Part shown: piece by piece, positions 42,148 to 53,048 of the stretch
How positions within the stretch are numbered: the stretch's first letter is position 1
Layout of the letters: each line of letters starts with the position of its first letter
From: an uncultured Thermococci archaeon
GTDB lineage: Archaea; CAYQAE01; CAYVLA01
Length of the DNA stretch: 64,000 nt
Direction: 5' to 3'
Assembly (NCBI GenBank): GCA_964549615.1
Contig: CAZJVP010000030.1
Location: forward strand, 11,112 to 75,111
Program-made: the position numbers and the translations under genes
Notes under the pieces: generated by a model
Database searches by the model: none
Told to the model about the DNA's origin: nothing
What the model saw: only the letters and a program-made list of their open reading frames with translations

Positions 42148-42567
42148 ATGAGAAGTACCCTGGCAGCCGTATGCATATTCCTGTTCCTCGTAACCAGTTT
42201 CCTCTGTATGTACCAGATCGGCGGAGGGGGAGGGTTCCTGAGAGGCGGGTACCTGACCATGTCGGCCTACTATCGATCCGCATACGGGGACAGCCCGACT
42301 GCCTTCATCCTGGCGGACAAGAGCATCCGCAGCGACTACGCAGTAACCCTCCTCATCCAGGACGCAAGGAGCATGCGCTTTTTCAAATCTCGGATAGATT
42401 CGAGCCAGATCACTTCATACGGGCAGAGCGCCTGGATCGTCCGCGGTGTCTCGCAGAGACAGTTCTTTGGCTACCTGCAGGAAATGGAGCTGGGGATCAT
42501 CGCCACCGGATCGGCGATGGTGGCAAGCCTATTCGTGCTCTACTACTACGACTCCAAGACCCCCTAG
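42148..42567 (+). CDS. Hypothetical membrane protein
   Basis: 139-aa ORF with N- and C-terminal hydrophobic segments. Confidence 0.55.
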   Translation: MRSTLAAVCIFLFLVTSFLCMYQIGGGGGFLRGGYLTMSAYYRSAYGDSPTAFILADKSIRSDYAVTLLIQDARSMRFFKSRIDSSQITSYGQSAWIVRGVSQRQFFGYLQEMELGIIATGSAMVASLFVLYYYDSKTP

Positions 42568-42643
42568 AAGGGCGCAGAGCCGAGCCGGGTCCAAAGATTT
42601 TTCTTGTTCGTAAGACCTCCCCTCAATCGGGAAAGGGTTCAGA

Positions 42644-43051
42644 TTGCCACCCGTGGGGACCATGGAGATCCTGGTCATCCTCATCGCGGTGATCCTTTTC
42701 GGCCCAAAGAGGATACCCGAGATAGCTCGCACGCTGGGCGCCGCCCTAAACCAACTCAGGTCAGCAAGCGATGACCTCATGCGAGAGCTGACTAAGGAGG
42801 TCGACCTGGAGAAGCCCCCCCTTCCCAAGAAAGCCCAAGAAACTCAACTGTCACCACAAAGGGGCCATCCGGCCGAGAAGCCCGCCGGGGAGGAGGTCAA
42901 GGCCCTCACCCACGAGCAGTTGGCTGAGGCGGCAAGGAAGCTGGGCCTGAGCGTTGAGGGCAAGACCGAGGACCAGTTGCGCGCCGAGATAGTCTCGAGG
43001 GTGAGCTTGGACGGAGCCCGATCGAGCGCCTCTGGGCAGAAAGCTGGGTGA
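42644..43051 (+). CDS. tatA: Twin-arginine translocase TatA/B subunit
   Basis: G..EILVILIAVILFGPKRIPEIARTLG, plus an archaeal C-terminal A.KLGLSVEGKTE.QLR.EI motif. Confidence 0.9.
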   Translation: MPPVGTMEILVILIAVILFGPKRIPEIARTLGAALNQLRSASDDLMRELTKEVDLEKPPLPKKAQETQLSPQRGHPAEKPAGEEVKALTHEQLAEAARKLGLSVEGKTEDQLRAEIVSRVSLDGARSSASGQKAG

Positions 43052-43179
43052 TGGCCCTCCGCCAGCGGTCTGAGCCGGTCGTGATCCCGCAGTCGGTTGG
43101 GCGGCCGGAAGGCTGGCTGGCGGTGCCTGAACATGCCAGATTTAAGGCCCTTGGGCATCCGATTTCCTTGATCTGGGCC

Positions 43180-43902
43180 TTGGCCAAGGAGATGTCCTTC
43201 TTCGATCACCTCGAGGAGCTTCGCCGTCGGCTGATCGTCTGCATAATCGCCGTGGGCGCGGGGTTCGTTCTCGGGTGGGTTTACCTAGCAGAGAAGATAC
43301 TGCTGGCCATAGAGGCAAACATGCTGGGCGGCATGAAGCTAACGGCGCTGACGCCGCTCGCGGCTGCGCTGGCTCGCATGAAGATTTCCCTTGTCGTCGC
43401 GGTGGCAGTTGCATCCCCCGTGATTGCGTACGAGGCGCTCGCCTTCTTAATCCCAGCTCTCAAGCCTAAGGAAAAGAAGATGGTATTCAAGCTGGCGCTC
43501 CCGGCGGTTGGACTCTTCCTGGTTGGCCTTGCCTTCGGCTACTACGTGATGGTCCCATTCACGATGGACTTCCTCAAAACCGTCGTCAATGAGGACCTCA
43601 TCGTCAACTTGTGGTCCGTCGACCAGACCGTCTCCTTCGTCTTCCTCATGCTTCTGGTCTTCGGGCTGATCTTCGAATACCCGCTTCTGGCGACGCTGCT
43701 CTCCAGCATAGGACTAGTGTCGCCGCAATTCTTCAGAAAGAACCGCGCCTTGGCCTTGATCGCGATACTCATCATAGCGGCAGTGATTACGCCGGACCCC
43801 ACCATGGTGAGCCAGATAATCGTTTCGATCCCGATGTACCTGCTCTACGAGGTAGGGATCATCTGCTCCTCGCTCGTCTACCCGAAGGAGAAGGCTGGAT
43901 GA
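43180..43902 (+). CDS. tatC: Twin-arginine translocase TatC
   Basis: MSFFDHLEELRRRL, FLIPALKPKE, FGLIFEYP and AAVITPDP...Q.IVSIPMYLLYE motifs. Confidence 0.93.
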   Translation: MAKEMSFFDHLEELRRRLIVCIIAVGAGFVLGWVYLAEKILLAIEANMLGGMKLTALTPLAAALARMKISLVVAVAVASPVIAYEALAFLIPALKPKEKKMVFKLALPAVGLFLVGLAFGYYVMVPFTMDFLKTVVNEDLIVNLWSVDQTVSFVFLMLLVFGLIFEYPLLATLLSSIGLVSPQFFRKNRALALIAILIIAAVITPDPTMVSQIIVSIPMYLLYEVGIICSSLVYPKEKAG

Positions 43903-45205
43903 AATCCCTATAGGCCGTTCGGAAATCGCGGCCCGGGTACCTGGCCCTCTCCCCTAGCTCCTCCTGTATCCGCAGCAGCTGGTTATACTTGGCTGTCCTT
44001 TCGGACCTGCAGGGGGCCCCCGTCTTTATCTGGCCAGCGTTCAGCCCAACTGCGATGTCGGCTATGGTCGTGTCCTCCGTCTCACCGCTCCTGTGGCTTA
44101 TCACCACGCCGTAGCCGTTCTCCATGCACATCCTCGCCGACTGGATCGCCTCCGTAAGCGTTCCTATCTGGTTCACCTTCAGCAGCAAAGCGTTGCAAGC
44201 CCCCATCTTGATCCCCGTCTCCAGCCGCGCGCAGTTAGTGACGAAGAGATCGTCCCCAACGATCTGGACCTTCTTCCCCAGCCGCTGCGTGATCTGGACG
44301 AACCCACCCCAGTCATCCTCCGACATGGGGTCCTCTATGGAGGTTATGGGATAGGAGTCCACCAGTCGGGCGTACAGGTCGATTAGCTCCCCGGCGCTGT
44401 GGGGCTTGCCTTCCACCGTGTAGCTACCTGCCGAATAGAACTCGCTCGCCGCCGGATCCAAGGCGATCGAGACCTCCTTTCCCGCAACATAGCCGGCCTT
44501 CTCGATGGCTTGGACCAGCGAATCCAACACATCGGTTACCCTGTCTATCGGACCCGAGAAGCCCCCCTCATCTCCCACATTCCTCATGGAGATCCCATAC
44601 TTTGAGACGAGCACGCTCCTCAGCTGTTGGTAGATTTCGGCTATCCACCTCAGCCCCTCGGAGAAGCTGGGCGCGCCGACCGGGTGAAGCATGAACTCTT
44701 GGAGCTCCAGCTTCCCGCCGCCATGCTTGCCGGCGTTGACGACGTTGGACATGGGCAGCGGCAGGAGATACTCGCGGAAAGATCTCCCGAAAGCGATCTT
44801 GGCGATGTGCTCGTAGAGCGGTACATCCAGCGAATCGGCGGCGGCCCTGCAACAAGCCAGCGACGCCCCGAGCACGGCATTGGCGCCGAGCCTACACTTG
44901 TTTGGAGTAGAATCCAGCTTCAGCAAGAGGGAATCGATCCCGTTCTGGTCCGCCGAATCCTTCCCCACGATTGCGGGCCGGATGATCTGGTTCACGGATT
45001 CAACTGCCTTGAGCACCCCCTTTCCGGCGAAACGCCTCGGATCTCCGTCGCGGAGCTCAAGCGCCTCGTGCCGGCCGGTGCTAGCGCCCGATGGGACGGC
45101 CGCCCGCCCGAACCCTTTCCTCGTGCGAACATCCACCTCGATCGTCGGGTTGCCTCTCGAATCGAGGATCTCCCTAGCCTTAACCTCGGTTATACACGTA
45201 TCCAT
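43859..45205 (-). CDS. eno: Enolase
   Basis: REILDSRGNPTIEV, VPSGASTG, GDEGGF, LLLKVNQIGT and SHRSGETED motifs. Confidence 0.97.
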   Translation of the reverse strand: MDTCITEVKAREILDSRGNPTIEVDVRTRKGFGRAAVPSGASTGRHEALELRDGDPRRFAGKGVLKAVESVNQIIRPAIVGKDSADQNGIDSLLLKLDSTPNKCRLGANAVLGASLACCRAAADSLDVPLYEHIAKIAFGRSFREYLLPLPMSNVVNAGKHGGGKLELQEFMLHPVGAPSFSEGLRWIAEIYQQLRSVLVSKYGISMRNVGDEGGFSGPIDRVTDVLDSLVQAIEKAGYVAGKEVSIALDPAASEFYSAGSYTVEGKPHSAGELIDLYARLVDSYPITSIEDPMSEDDWGGFVQITQRLGKKVQIVGDDLFVTNCARLETGIKMGACNALLLKVNQIGTLTEAIQSARMCMENGYGVVISHRSGETEDTTIADIAVGLNAGQIKTGAPCRSERTAKYNQLLRIQEELGERARYPGRDFRTAYRDFIQPSPSGRRARSR

Positions 45206-46379
45206 CTTCCGCACCTCTAGGCTCCAGACTTAGTTTCCTTTCTTTGAGCGTCCTCAGGACCTTCTTCCGGATCTCGCCCACGGTGGGCAGCCTGGACACC
45301 TCTCCTTTCTGGATCAGCGGCTCAAGGAGGCTGACCATCTGCGTCCCGCACTCACATCTGGACTCGCGAGCAAGGGTCACACTCCTCCTAAAGCATGACG
45401 GACACTCCAGGACGTTCTTGGCTCCCGAGAGCTTCCCGCGTTTGCATATCTTCCTGCCCTCGACCTCAACGATATCCATCGCCAGGTCCACAGTGCGCGC
45501 CGAGCTGATCCACGTTCCGACGCCGAAGGCATCGGCAACGCCCGAGAGCTCGGACAGCGATCGTTCGTCCAGACCGCCGGAAACGAAGATCTTGACATGG
45601 TCATACCCCTCCACGTCGAGCTTCCAACGAACCTCCTGCACGATCCGCTTCATATCGCCCCTGCGGCTTCCCGGGGTGTCCAGCCTGACCGCGTACAGCC
45701 TCTTGCCGAGGGTCCGGGCCGCGGACAGGGATTCCACAACCTCGTCTGAAAACGTGTCGACCAGCATTATCCTCGGCACGCTTTCCTCCACCACCTCGTC
45801 AAAGGCTTTCCACACGGCCTCCCGGTCCCCCACGAGTACGATGAGGGCATGAGGGATCGTGCCCGAGGGCGAGATGCCGATGAGCTTCGCACCCGATATG
45901 CCCGACACGCCATCGCAGCCGCCGAGGTAGGCGGAGCGATCTATCATTGGAGACAAGGCTGGATGCATCCTCCTTATCCCGAAGCTGTAGACAGGCTTGA
46001 GCCCGGCCGCGATCTTGCACCGTGCCGCCGCGGTTGCGATCCCTGAAGCCTGGCAGGTGAGCCCGAGCAAGGGGGTCTCCATTTCACAGAATTCGGAGTA
46101 CATCCCCTCGATCCTGATGACCGGCTCCATCGGGTAGAAGATGCTCCCCTCCGGCATCGACAGCACGTCCAGGTCCCTTCCCCGGAGAAGCTCGGCCACC
46201 TCCTCGATCCCCGAAAGGACCGCCCATCCCCATCCTTTGGGAAAAGATGAAGCCGAAACCTCAGCAACGACCTTCGCATCCCACTTCTTCTTCGTGACTA
46301 TCTCATGGGCGCGCCGGAAGTATATGTCGGTCGTGCCGCCGCTCCTTATCTCCGACTCAGAGGCAATGTGGAACGCCAA
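45180..46379 (-). CDS. pncB: Nicotinate phosphoribosyltransferase
   Basis: TDIYF.R, FGIRRMHP, GTIPHAL, VRLDTPGSRRG, VSGGL and DAFGVGT motifs. Confidence 0.9.
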   Translation of the reverse strand: MAFHIASESEIRSGGTTDIYFRRAHEIVTKKKWDAKVVAEVSASSFPKGWGWAVLSGIEEVAELLRGRDLDVLSMPEGSIFYPMEPVIRIEGMYSEFCEMETPLLGLTCQASGIATAAARCKIAAGLKPVYSFGIRRMHPALSPMIDRSAYLGGCDGVSGISGAKLIGISPSGTIPHALIVLVGDREAVWKAFDEVVEESVPRIMLVDTFSDEVVESLSAARTLGKRLYAVRLDTPGSRRGDMKRIVQEVRWKLDVEGYDHVKIFVSGGLDERSLSELSGVADAFGVGTWISSARTVDLAMDIVEVEGRKICKRGKLSGAKNVLECPSCFRRSVTLARESRCECGTQMVSLLEPLIQKGEVSRLPTVGEIRKKVLRTLKERKLSLEPRGAEDGYVYNRG

Positions 46380-46413
46380 GCCTTGCCCCCTCGGGTCGAC
46401 CTGCTGCCTCCAT

Positions 46414-47127
46414 TCATCGTCTTAAATATCTCGCCAACCATCCCTGCAGATCCAACCGATCGACGATCAAGAGCGTCAAGAGCAGAAGAGGAACGGACGC
46501 GATGCAGTCGATCAAGAGGTGGTTGCCTGACGATGTCACGGCCAGCAGCATCAACGCGGGATAGGCAAGGGCGAGCAATCTGAGGAGCCTGGCACGGGAT
46601 CTAAGGTAGATGAAGCCGCCAACTATGAGGGAATAGCCCATGTGGACGCTCGGCATGGCTGCATACGGGTTCACCAACCTACTGAGGAATCCGGTCTCGT
46701 AGTCCATTCCGGGACTCTGATCCCCGGTGTCAACGAAGCCATACTCGCGCATGATCCGCGGAGGTGCAAGGGGATATAGCCAGTATATTAGAAAGGAGAT
46801 GAGCGAAAAGCACACCAAGATATTGCGCACGCGCGCGTACTCCCCCCTCCCTCTGAGGAAAAGCACCAAGACGAAGCCCAGCACTATCATCGAATGGAGG
46901 AGAAAATAGAAGACGTTTACCAGTGCAACGAACGGCGTCCTCAAGAGCATTCTCTGGAGATCCAGCTCGACGAAGATGCCGAGTCGCCTCTCCAGCGAGG
47001 CGAGATCGTGAAAATGAGCGATCGCCGCCTCCCGGCGGTCTGAGCTTCCAAGGGCGGCGGAAAAGTAGGCCATGAGGAGGACAAGCGCGACGACCGACTC
47101 CTTTCTCCATGCTTCCCTCGGATTCAC
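46414..47127 (-). CDS. PAP2-superfamily membrane phosphatase/phosphotransferase
   Basis: PLAPPR, NPYAAMPSVHMGYS and GNHLLID motifs. Confidence 0.85.
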   Translation of the reverse strand: MNPREAWRKESVVALVLLMAYFSAALGSSDRREAAIAHFHDLASLERRLGIFVELDLQRMLLRTPFVALVNVFYFLLHSMIVLGFVLVLFLRGRGEYARVRNILVCFSLISFLIYWLYPLAPPRIMREYGFVDTGDQSPGMDYETGFLSRLVNPYAAMPSVHMGYSLIVGGFIYLRSRARLLRLLALAYPALMLLAVTSSGNHLLIDCIASVPLLLLTLLIVDRLDLQGWLARYLRR

Positions 47128-47508
47128 GGGTAGTCCCTTGGGGATCGCCTTTGGAGGTAAACGAGAAAGGCATGCTGATAAGTATAATCAGGCCCTTGCT
47201 CCAATCCGGCGTTCTCCTAGAGCCAAGGGGCATCGGGTCCTCCTGTCTCCCCCTAGACTTCGGCCCATTTCGGTTTCCCGGCGAAGAAGCTCGCATCCAT
47301 GCGAAGATGCACCGCAGGCACGCATGGTGCGACTCCATGCTGGGGTTGTTCAAACCAAAGGAGCATGCTGCACTCCGACGAGAACGTCCAACCGCGCGGC
47401 TTCCCCTCAGGCGGCAACCCTATCTGGGTCGCGCAATCAGACCAATTTTTATTCTCATTTTCTAGCGCACCGCCAGAACGACCGAGATCCCACGGAGGAG
47501 CAACAGCC

Positions 47509-50500
47509 TTGCCCAAGAGAGAGGATATCCACAAGATCCTCGTCATCGGATCCGGGCCGATTGTGATCGGACAAGCCGCCGAATAGGGATTTCCCTCGGA
47601 ATCGACTACTCCGGTTCACAGGCCTGCAGATCACTGCGCGAGGAGGGATACCATGTAGTCCTAGTGAACTCGAACCCAGCGACGATAATGACGGACACCG
47701 ACATGGCCGACGTTGTGTACATGGAACCGCTGGTGCCGGATATCGTCACGAAGATAATCGAAAAAGAGAGGCCCGACGGACTGCTGCCGACGATGGGCGG
47801 CCAGACCGGGCTAAACCTTGCGGCCCAGCTCGGGATGCTGGGCGTGCTGGAGAAGTACGACGTCGAGCTTCTGGGAACGCCGCTTGAGACGATCCAAGCA
47901 GCGGAGGACCGAGACAAGTTCAGGGCGTTGATGCTGGAGATAAACGAGGCGATACCGAGGAGCCGCGCGGTGGCCACCGTGGAGGAGGCCGTCTTCACGG
48001 CACAAGAGATCGGGTACCCTGTGATCGTGCGTCCCGCCTACACGCTCGGCGGAACCGGAGGGGGCATGGCCTATAATGAGACCGAGCTGCGGAAGATAGT
48101 GGATCGCGGCCTGCGCTCAAGCATAGTCAACCAGGTTCTCGTCGAACAGTCGGTGATCGGCTGGCAGGAGATAGAGTACGAAGTCATGCGCGACGCCGCC
48201 GACAACTGCAACATAGTGTGCTCCATGGAGAACGTCGATCCCATGGGCATACACACCGGCGACAGCATCGTCGTCGCGCCCGTTCAGACGCTGAGCGACC
48301 CGGATCATCAGAAGCTTAGGACGGCCTCCATCAAGATAATCCGGGCGCTGAAGATCCAGGGCGGTTGCAACATACAATTCGCAATGAACAAGGACACCGG
48401 GGAGTACTACGTCATCGAGGTCAACCCCAGGGTCTCCAGAAGTTCCGCCCTGGCCTCCAAGGCAACAGGTTACCCGATAGCAAGGATCGCCGCGAAGATT
48501 GCGGTGGGGATGACCCTTGACGAGATACCAAACAGGGTCACTCGCACGACGCCGGCCAGTTTCGAGCCGGCACTGGACTACATAGCGGTGAAGATCCCCA
48601 GGTGGCCGTTCGACAAGTTCCGCACCGCCGAGCGCCAGATCGGGACCCAAATGAAGGGAACGGGCGAGGTCATGAGCCTGGCGCGGACCTTCGAGGAGGC
48701 CTTCCAGAAAGCGATAAGAAGTCTGGACATCGGCAGGGCCGGCTTCGGCTGCGAGGCAAAGCAGGCCAACTTCGCCAAGGCGACGGAAGAGGAGCTTCTT
48801 GAGGAGCTGGCACGGCCGACGGATCAGAGGATCTTCTACATCCACGAGGCACTGCGGAGGGGATACTCGCCTGAGAGGATCTACCAGCTGACCAAGATCG
48901 ACAGGTGGTTCCTGTACAAGCTCAAGAACCTTCTGCAGATCGAAAGGAGCTTGGTCCGACAGTCAGGAAAGAACACGATCTCACGGTCTCTGCTTCTCCG
49001 ATCCAAACGGGCTGGCTTCTCAGACGCGCAGATTGCCTATGCCTTGGGCAAACGCGAGGACGAGGTCAGGAAGATGAGGAAGGAGAAGGGCGTACTACCA
49101 TCCTACAAGATGGTTGATACCTGTGCGGCCGAGTTCGAGGCCAAGACGCCCTACTACTACTCGACGTACGAACCGAACTCAGACAAGGCCCTGATGACGA
49201 CCGAAAGCCCCAAGAAGAAGGTCCTCATCATCGGCGGCGGACCGATAAGGATAGGCCAGGGCATAGAGTTCGACTACTGCACCGTCCACGCCGTGACCAC
49301 GCTGAAGGAGGAGGGACTGGAGGCAATAGTCATCAACAACAATCCTGAAACGGTCTCCACCGATTTCGACATCTCGGACAAGCTCTTCTTCGAGCCGCTC
49401 ACATTTGAGGACGTCATGAACGTAGTTGACCTGGAGAAGCCCTGGGGGGTGATCGTCCAGTTCGGCGGCCAGACCCCCATAAACCTCGCCTCAAGGCTCG
49501 CGAAGGCGGGAGTCAACATCCTAGGCACGCCGGCCGAAAGCATTGACAGGGCCGAGGACCGCAGGTCGTTCACGAAGCTCCTAAGCAAGCTGAAGATCCC
49601 TCAAGCACCGTACGGCACGGCCATGGATCGCAAGGGCGCTCTCAGGGTCGCCCGGAGGATCGGGTTCCCCGTCCTGGTCAGGCCAAGCTTCGTCTTGGGC
49701 GGACGAGCGATGGAAATAGTCCACGACGAAGCGGAACTCAAAGAGTATGTGGACATAGCAGTATCCGTGTCGCCCGAGCACCCCATACTCATTGACAGAT
49801 TCCTAGACAACGCGATCGAGCTGGACGTAGACGCCGTTGCCGACGGACGGGATGTCTTCATAGGCGCGATCATGGAGCACATAGAACAGGCAGGCGTCCA
49901 CTCGGGCGACGCGGCAATGGTCATCCCAACGTGCTCGTTGGACAAGGAGACCATCGCCACGGTCGAGGAGTACACGAAGGCAATTGCCCTGGAGCTAAAG
50001 GTCGTCGGCCTGATTAACGTACAATACGCGGTGAGGAACGGGGTGGTCTATGTGCTGGAAGCAAACCCCAGGGCGTCCAGAACGATACCCTACGTGGCAA
50101 AGACGATGGGGATCCCGCTCGCCAAGATCGCGACCAAGTTGATGGTGGGCCATACGCTGAGGGAGCTTGGCCTAGTCGGCCGCCGGGAGATCAAACACTT
50201 CTCTATCAAGGAATCTGTCTTCCCCTTCATCAAGCTCCCGGGAGTGGATCCCAAGTTAGGGCCCGAGATGAAGTCGACCGGCGAGGTCATGGGGATCGAT
50301 GATGACTTCGGCCTGGCGTTCTTCAAATCGCAGGTCGCGGCCGGCATGGCTCTTCCGACGTCGGGCAGGGTGCTGATCTCGGTCAAGAAGGAGGACTTCG
50401 CCGAGATCCCGGAGATCGCCAAGAAGTTCCACGAGCTTGGATTCGAGCTTTTGGCGACCGACGGCACGGCCGCAGCGATCCAGGCGAAGTACCCCAACAT

Positions 50501-50786
50501 ACCAATCAGGGTCGTTCGCAAGATATCCGAAGGGAGCACCGAGATACTAGAGATGATGTGGAGGCGCGAGATCGACATGATCATAAACACGCCGACCAAG
50601 GGCGGCAGTGCCTTCAGGGATGGCTACAAAATCAGACGCCAAAGCGTCGACCTGTGCATCCCGTACGTGACCACCCTGGCCGGAGCTCGCGCCTCGGTTA
50701 GTGCCATCGAGAAGACCAAGAAAGGGGCTATCCATGTCGAGTCTCTGGCATCCTACCTGAAGGGGGTCCAGACCGTAGCGACCTAG
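47509..50786 (+). CDS. carB: Carbamoyl-phosphate synthase large subunit, two exons (47509-47584 and 47602-50786; 1086 aa after splicing)
   Basis: GGAGG Shine-Dalgarno, then [27 protein letters not shown]. After removing 17 nt it continues [32 protein letters not shown] into the 47664-50786 ORF, with both ATP-grasp halves and the MGS domain. Confidence 0.93.
47585..47601 (+). other. Predicted 17-nt bulge-helix-bulge (BHB) mRNA intron AGGGATTTCCCTCGGAA
   Basis: Central helix CCGA/TCGG, 3-nt bulges AT^A and AA^T, intron stem GGG/CCC with ATTT loop, outer helix GCCG/CGAC (one mismatch). Excision gives GAA TTC GAC TAC. Confidence 0.85.
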
Positions 50787-52465
50787 CTGTGAGCGTACCT
50801 GAAAACCGGCGTGCCTGCGCGGCGGGAGTCGAGCCTGCAGAAGCCAAAGCGCACGAACTGCACGAGCGCCCCGATCTCAAGGCCCTCTACCCCGGGGTCG
50901 GCAATTCCCATCACCCTGGATCCATCCGGCATGATCACCTCAACCTTGACGTTGGGAACGGAAACCCACTGGACCTTGGGGATCGAGGGCGAAAGATCGG
51001 GTTCCAGATGCTGAGCCGTCTCGCCCAAGAGCACGTTGCCCAGTTCCTTTAGCCTGACCTCCTGACCCTTGAAACGCCGAAAGTCTTCCCCGTCCACGAA
51101 TATCGAATCCATCGAGACAGGTACTGGTCGCGATCCACGGTCCTCAAAGTCCGGGTGGAGCTTCAGCTTGACGGAATCGATCTTAGGTCCTCCTGCGACC
51201 GCCACCCTGACGGGATCCCTGACGAAGTTGTAGCGATTGGCGATGGGATCTATGAGACGACGGTTCTCGGCGTAGAGGCTTTCCACCGGGACTTGCACAT
51301 CCGTAAGGGTCAGGCCACACGAAACGATGAAAGACCTGATCGCCTGGGGCTGGATCCCGCGTGCCCTCAACGACCCGATCGTCCAGGTCCTGGGGTCGTC
51401 CCAGCCCTCGTACTCGCCGGACTGTATCCTCCTCCTGCACTCCGAGCTGCTGATCTTGGCCCCTGCGATGCTGAGCATGCCGTGGTGGACGATGACCGGC
51501 TCCGGCCAGCCGAGGAGCTTCCACATAAAGCGCTCCATCTTGTCCTCCATCATGAGGTCCTTGCCACGCAGGATGTGCGTGACCCCCAGCAGATGATCAT
51601 CCACCGCCCACGAGAACTCAAGCATCGGCCACACCCTGTATTTGGTCCCGACCCTCGGATGGGGCCTTTCGCTGATCCTCAGAAGGACCCGGTCCCTGAA
51701 GGCCAGATCCGGATCCTTCATGTCCGTCTTCAGCCGCACGGTCGCCTCTCCCTCGGAGTAGTGCCCGGAGAGCATCCTGTTCCATTCTTCCAAGTTCGAC
51801 CCGGGCGACCTTCCCCGACATGCACACTCCTTGCCGGCAGACCTATTTCTCCTCAGGTCCTCCGCCTTGCACGTACATACGTATGCCCAACCCCTCTCGA
51901 TGAACTGCCTAGCGTAGGAGTAGAAGAGCTCAAGCCTGTCCGATTTGTACACGGTCTGGTGGACCCGGATGCCCAGCCACTCCATGTCCCTAGGAAAGCT
52001 CTCGTACGCCTCCGCTATCGGTATCTTGTCAGCGGACCCTGCGGTATCATCCACCACCAAGATGAGTTTTCCCGAATATCGCTTCACATACTCGTCGTTG
52101 AGGATAGCCATCCGGGCCCTTCCAAGGTGTAGAGGGCCTGAGGGATAGGGCGCCAGCCGCATGACCACGCCTCCCTTCACGGCCCCGGGAAGGTCCGGCA
52201 ACGTGTATCTGCCCTCCTCCCTGCGAAGCGTTGGCAGCTCGAGGGTGCTCAGTTCCTTCCTCTGTTCCTCCGGGCCCATCGCGTTGACCTGATCGACGAT
52301 TTCGTTGACAAGCCTCGCCACCTCGCCAACGTTCGCCCGGGCCTCCGGCCTTGCCGAGAAGACGGCCCCTAGAACCGAGGATGGCCTTGCCTGCCCGCCG
52401 TGATCGAGCGCGTTCCGGAGCGCGAGCCCCCTAACAAGCTCCTGGAGCGATATCTCTCTCGCCAT
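50783..52465 (-). CDS. gltX: Glutamyl-tRNA synthetase (archaeal type)
   Basis: VMRLAPYPSGPLHLG, AYVCTC, WAVDDHLLGVTHILRGKD, GWDDPR and QFVRFGFCR motifs. Confidence 0.95.
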   Translation of the reverse strand: MAREISLQELVRGLALRNALDHGGQARPSSVLGAVFSARPEARANVGEVARLVNEIVDQVNAMGPEEQRKELSTLELPTLRREEGRYTLPDLPGAVKGGVVMRLAPYPSGPLHLGRARMAILNDEYVKRYSGKLILVVDDTAGSADKIPIAEAYESFPRDMEWLGIRVHQTVYKSDRLELFYSYARQFIERGWAYVCTCKAEDLRRNRSAGKECACRGRSPGSNLEEWNRMLSGHYSEGEATVRLKTDMKDPDLAFRDRVLLRISERPHPRVGTKYRVWPMLEFSWAVDDHLLGVTHILRGKDLMMEDKMERFMWKLLGWPEPVIVHHGMLSIAGAKISSSECRRRIQSGEYEGWDDPRTWTIGSLRARGIQPQAIRSFIVSCGLTLTDVQVPVESLYAENRRLIDPIANRYNFVRDPVRVAVAGGPKIDSVKLKLHPDFEDRGSRPVPVSMDSIFVDGEDFRRFKGQEVRLKELGNVLLGETAQHLEPDLSPSIPKVQWVSVPNVKVEVIMPDGSRVMGIADPGVEGLEIGALVQFVRFGFCRLDSRRAGTPVFRYAHS

Positions 52466-52618
52466 TTCACCCATCAGCTCCGGGATGCGCTATATATGTT
52501 GCTCCGCGGCCGGACGACTGCATTATTGCGCCGTGGCAAGGACCCTCGCATAACAGCACCTCACGGCCCTACATCGCGAAGAAACTTTTTTATCCATCAG
52601 GGGCCGGAAGGATCGCTG

Positions 52619-53029
52619 ATGCCGCTGGGGTTGGGCCGAAAGAAGGCGGAGGAAACCGAGCTCCGAGAGCTGACCGCGGGCGACATCTTGGCCAAGCTTG
52701 CCGATGTGACCGAACAGCTGCTCAAGGCCCGACAGGACTACCAAACGCTGCAGAGCATCTTCCTGAGGCTGGACGAACGAACGACGGCCGTGGACCAGAT
52801 GACGTCTGAGATGAAGGCCCAGCTCGAGGAAATGAGGAATAGGGTTGCCGCGATGGAGATCGCGGTGAATGAGATGGGTTCCAAGCTCGCCGATATGCCA
52901 GCGATCAAGACCAAGCTCCACTCCGCCCACGGCGACATACACGAGATTCAGGCTACTGTGGAAAGGATGAACGCCATTCTTGGCGACATAGACAAGATCT
53001 TCAAGTATCTAAAGAGCCCCGGCTTCTAG
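52619..53029 (+). CDS. Small coiled-coil hypothetical protein
   Basis: Heptad-rich 136-aa frame; TTTTTTAT TATA-like box about 30 nt upstream of the ATG at 52619. Confidence 0.65.
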   Translation: MPLGLGRKKAEETELRELTAGDILAKLADVTEQLLKARQDYQTLQSIFLRLDERTTAVDQMTSEMKAQLEEMRNRVAAMEIAVNEMGSKLADMPAIKTKLHSAHGDIHEIQATVERMNAILGDIDKIFKYLKSPGF

Positions 53030-53048
53030 GGCCCGACTGGGGGAAGTC

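Noticed and set aside
47130-47500. carA or an attenuator/ncRNA upstream of carB
   Set aside because: No CarA motifs in any listed frame and no convincing structure. Only a TATA-like TTTTTATT near 47446.
47584-47586. TAG in carB as pyrrolysine or stop-codon readthrough
   Set aside because: The downstream CarB sequence is in a different frame, so readthrough alone cannot restore it. Only removing 17 nt does.
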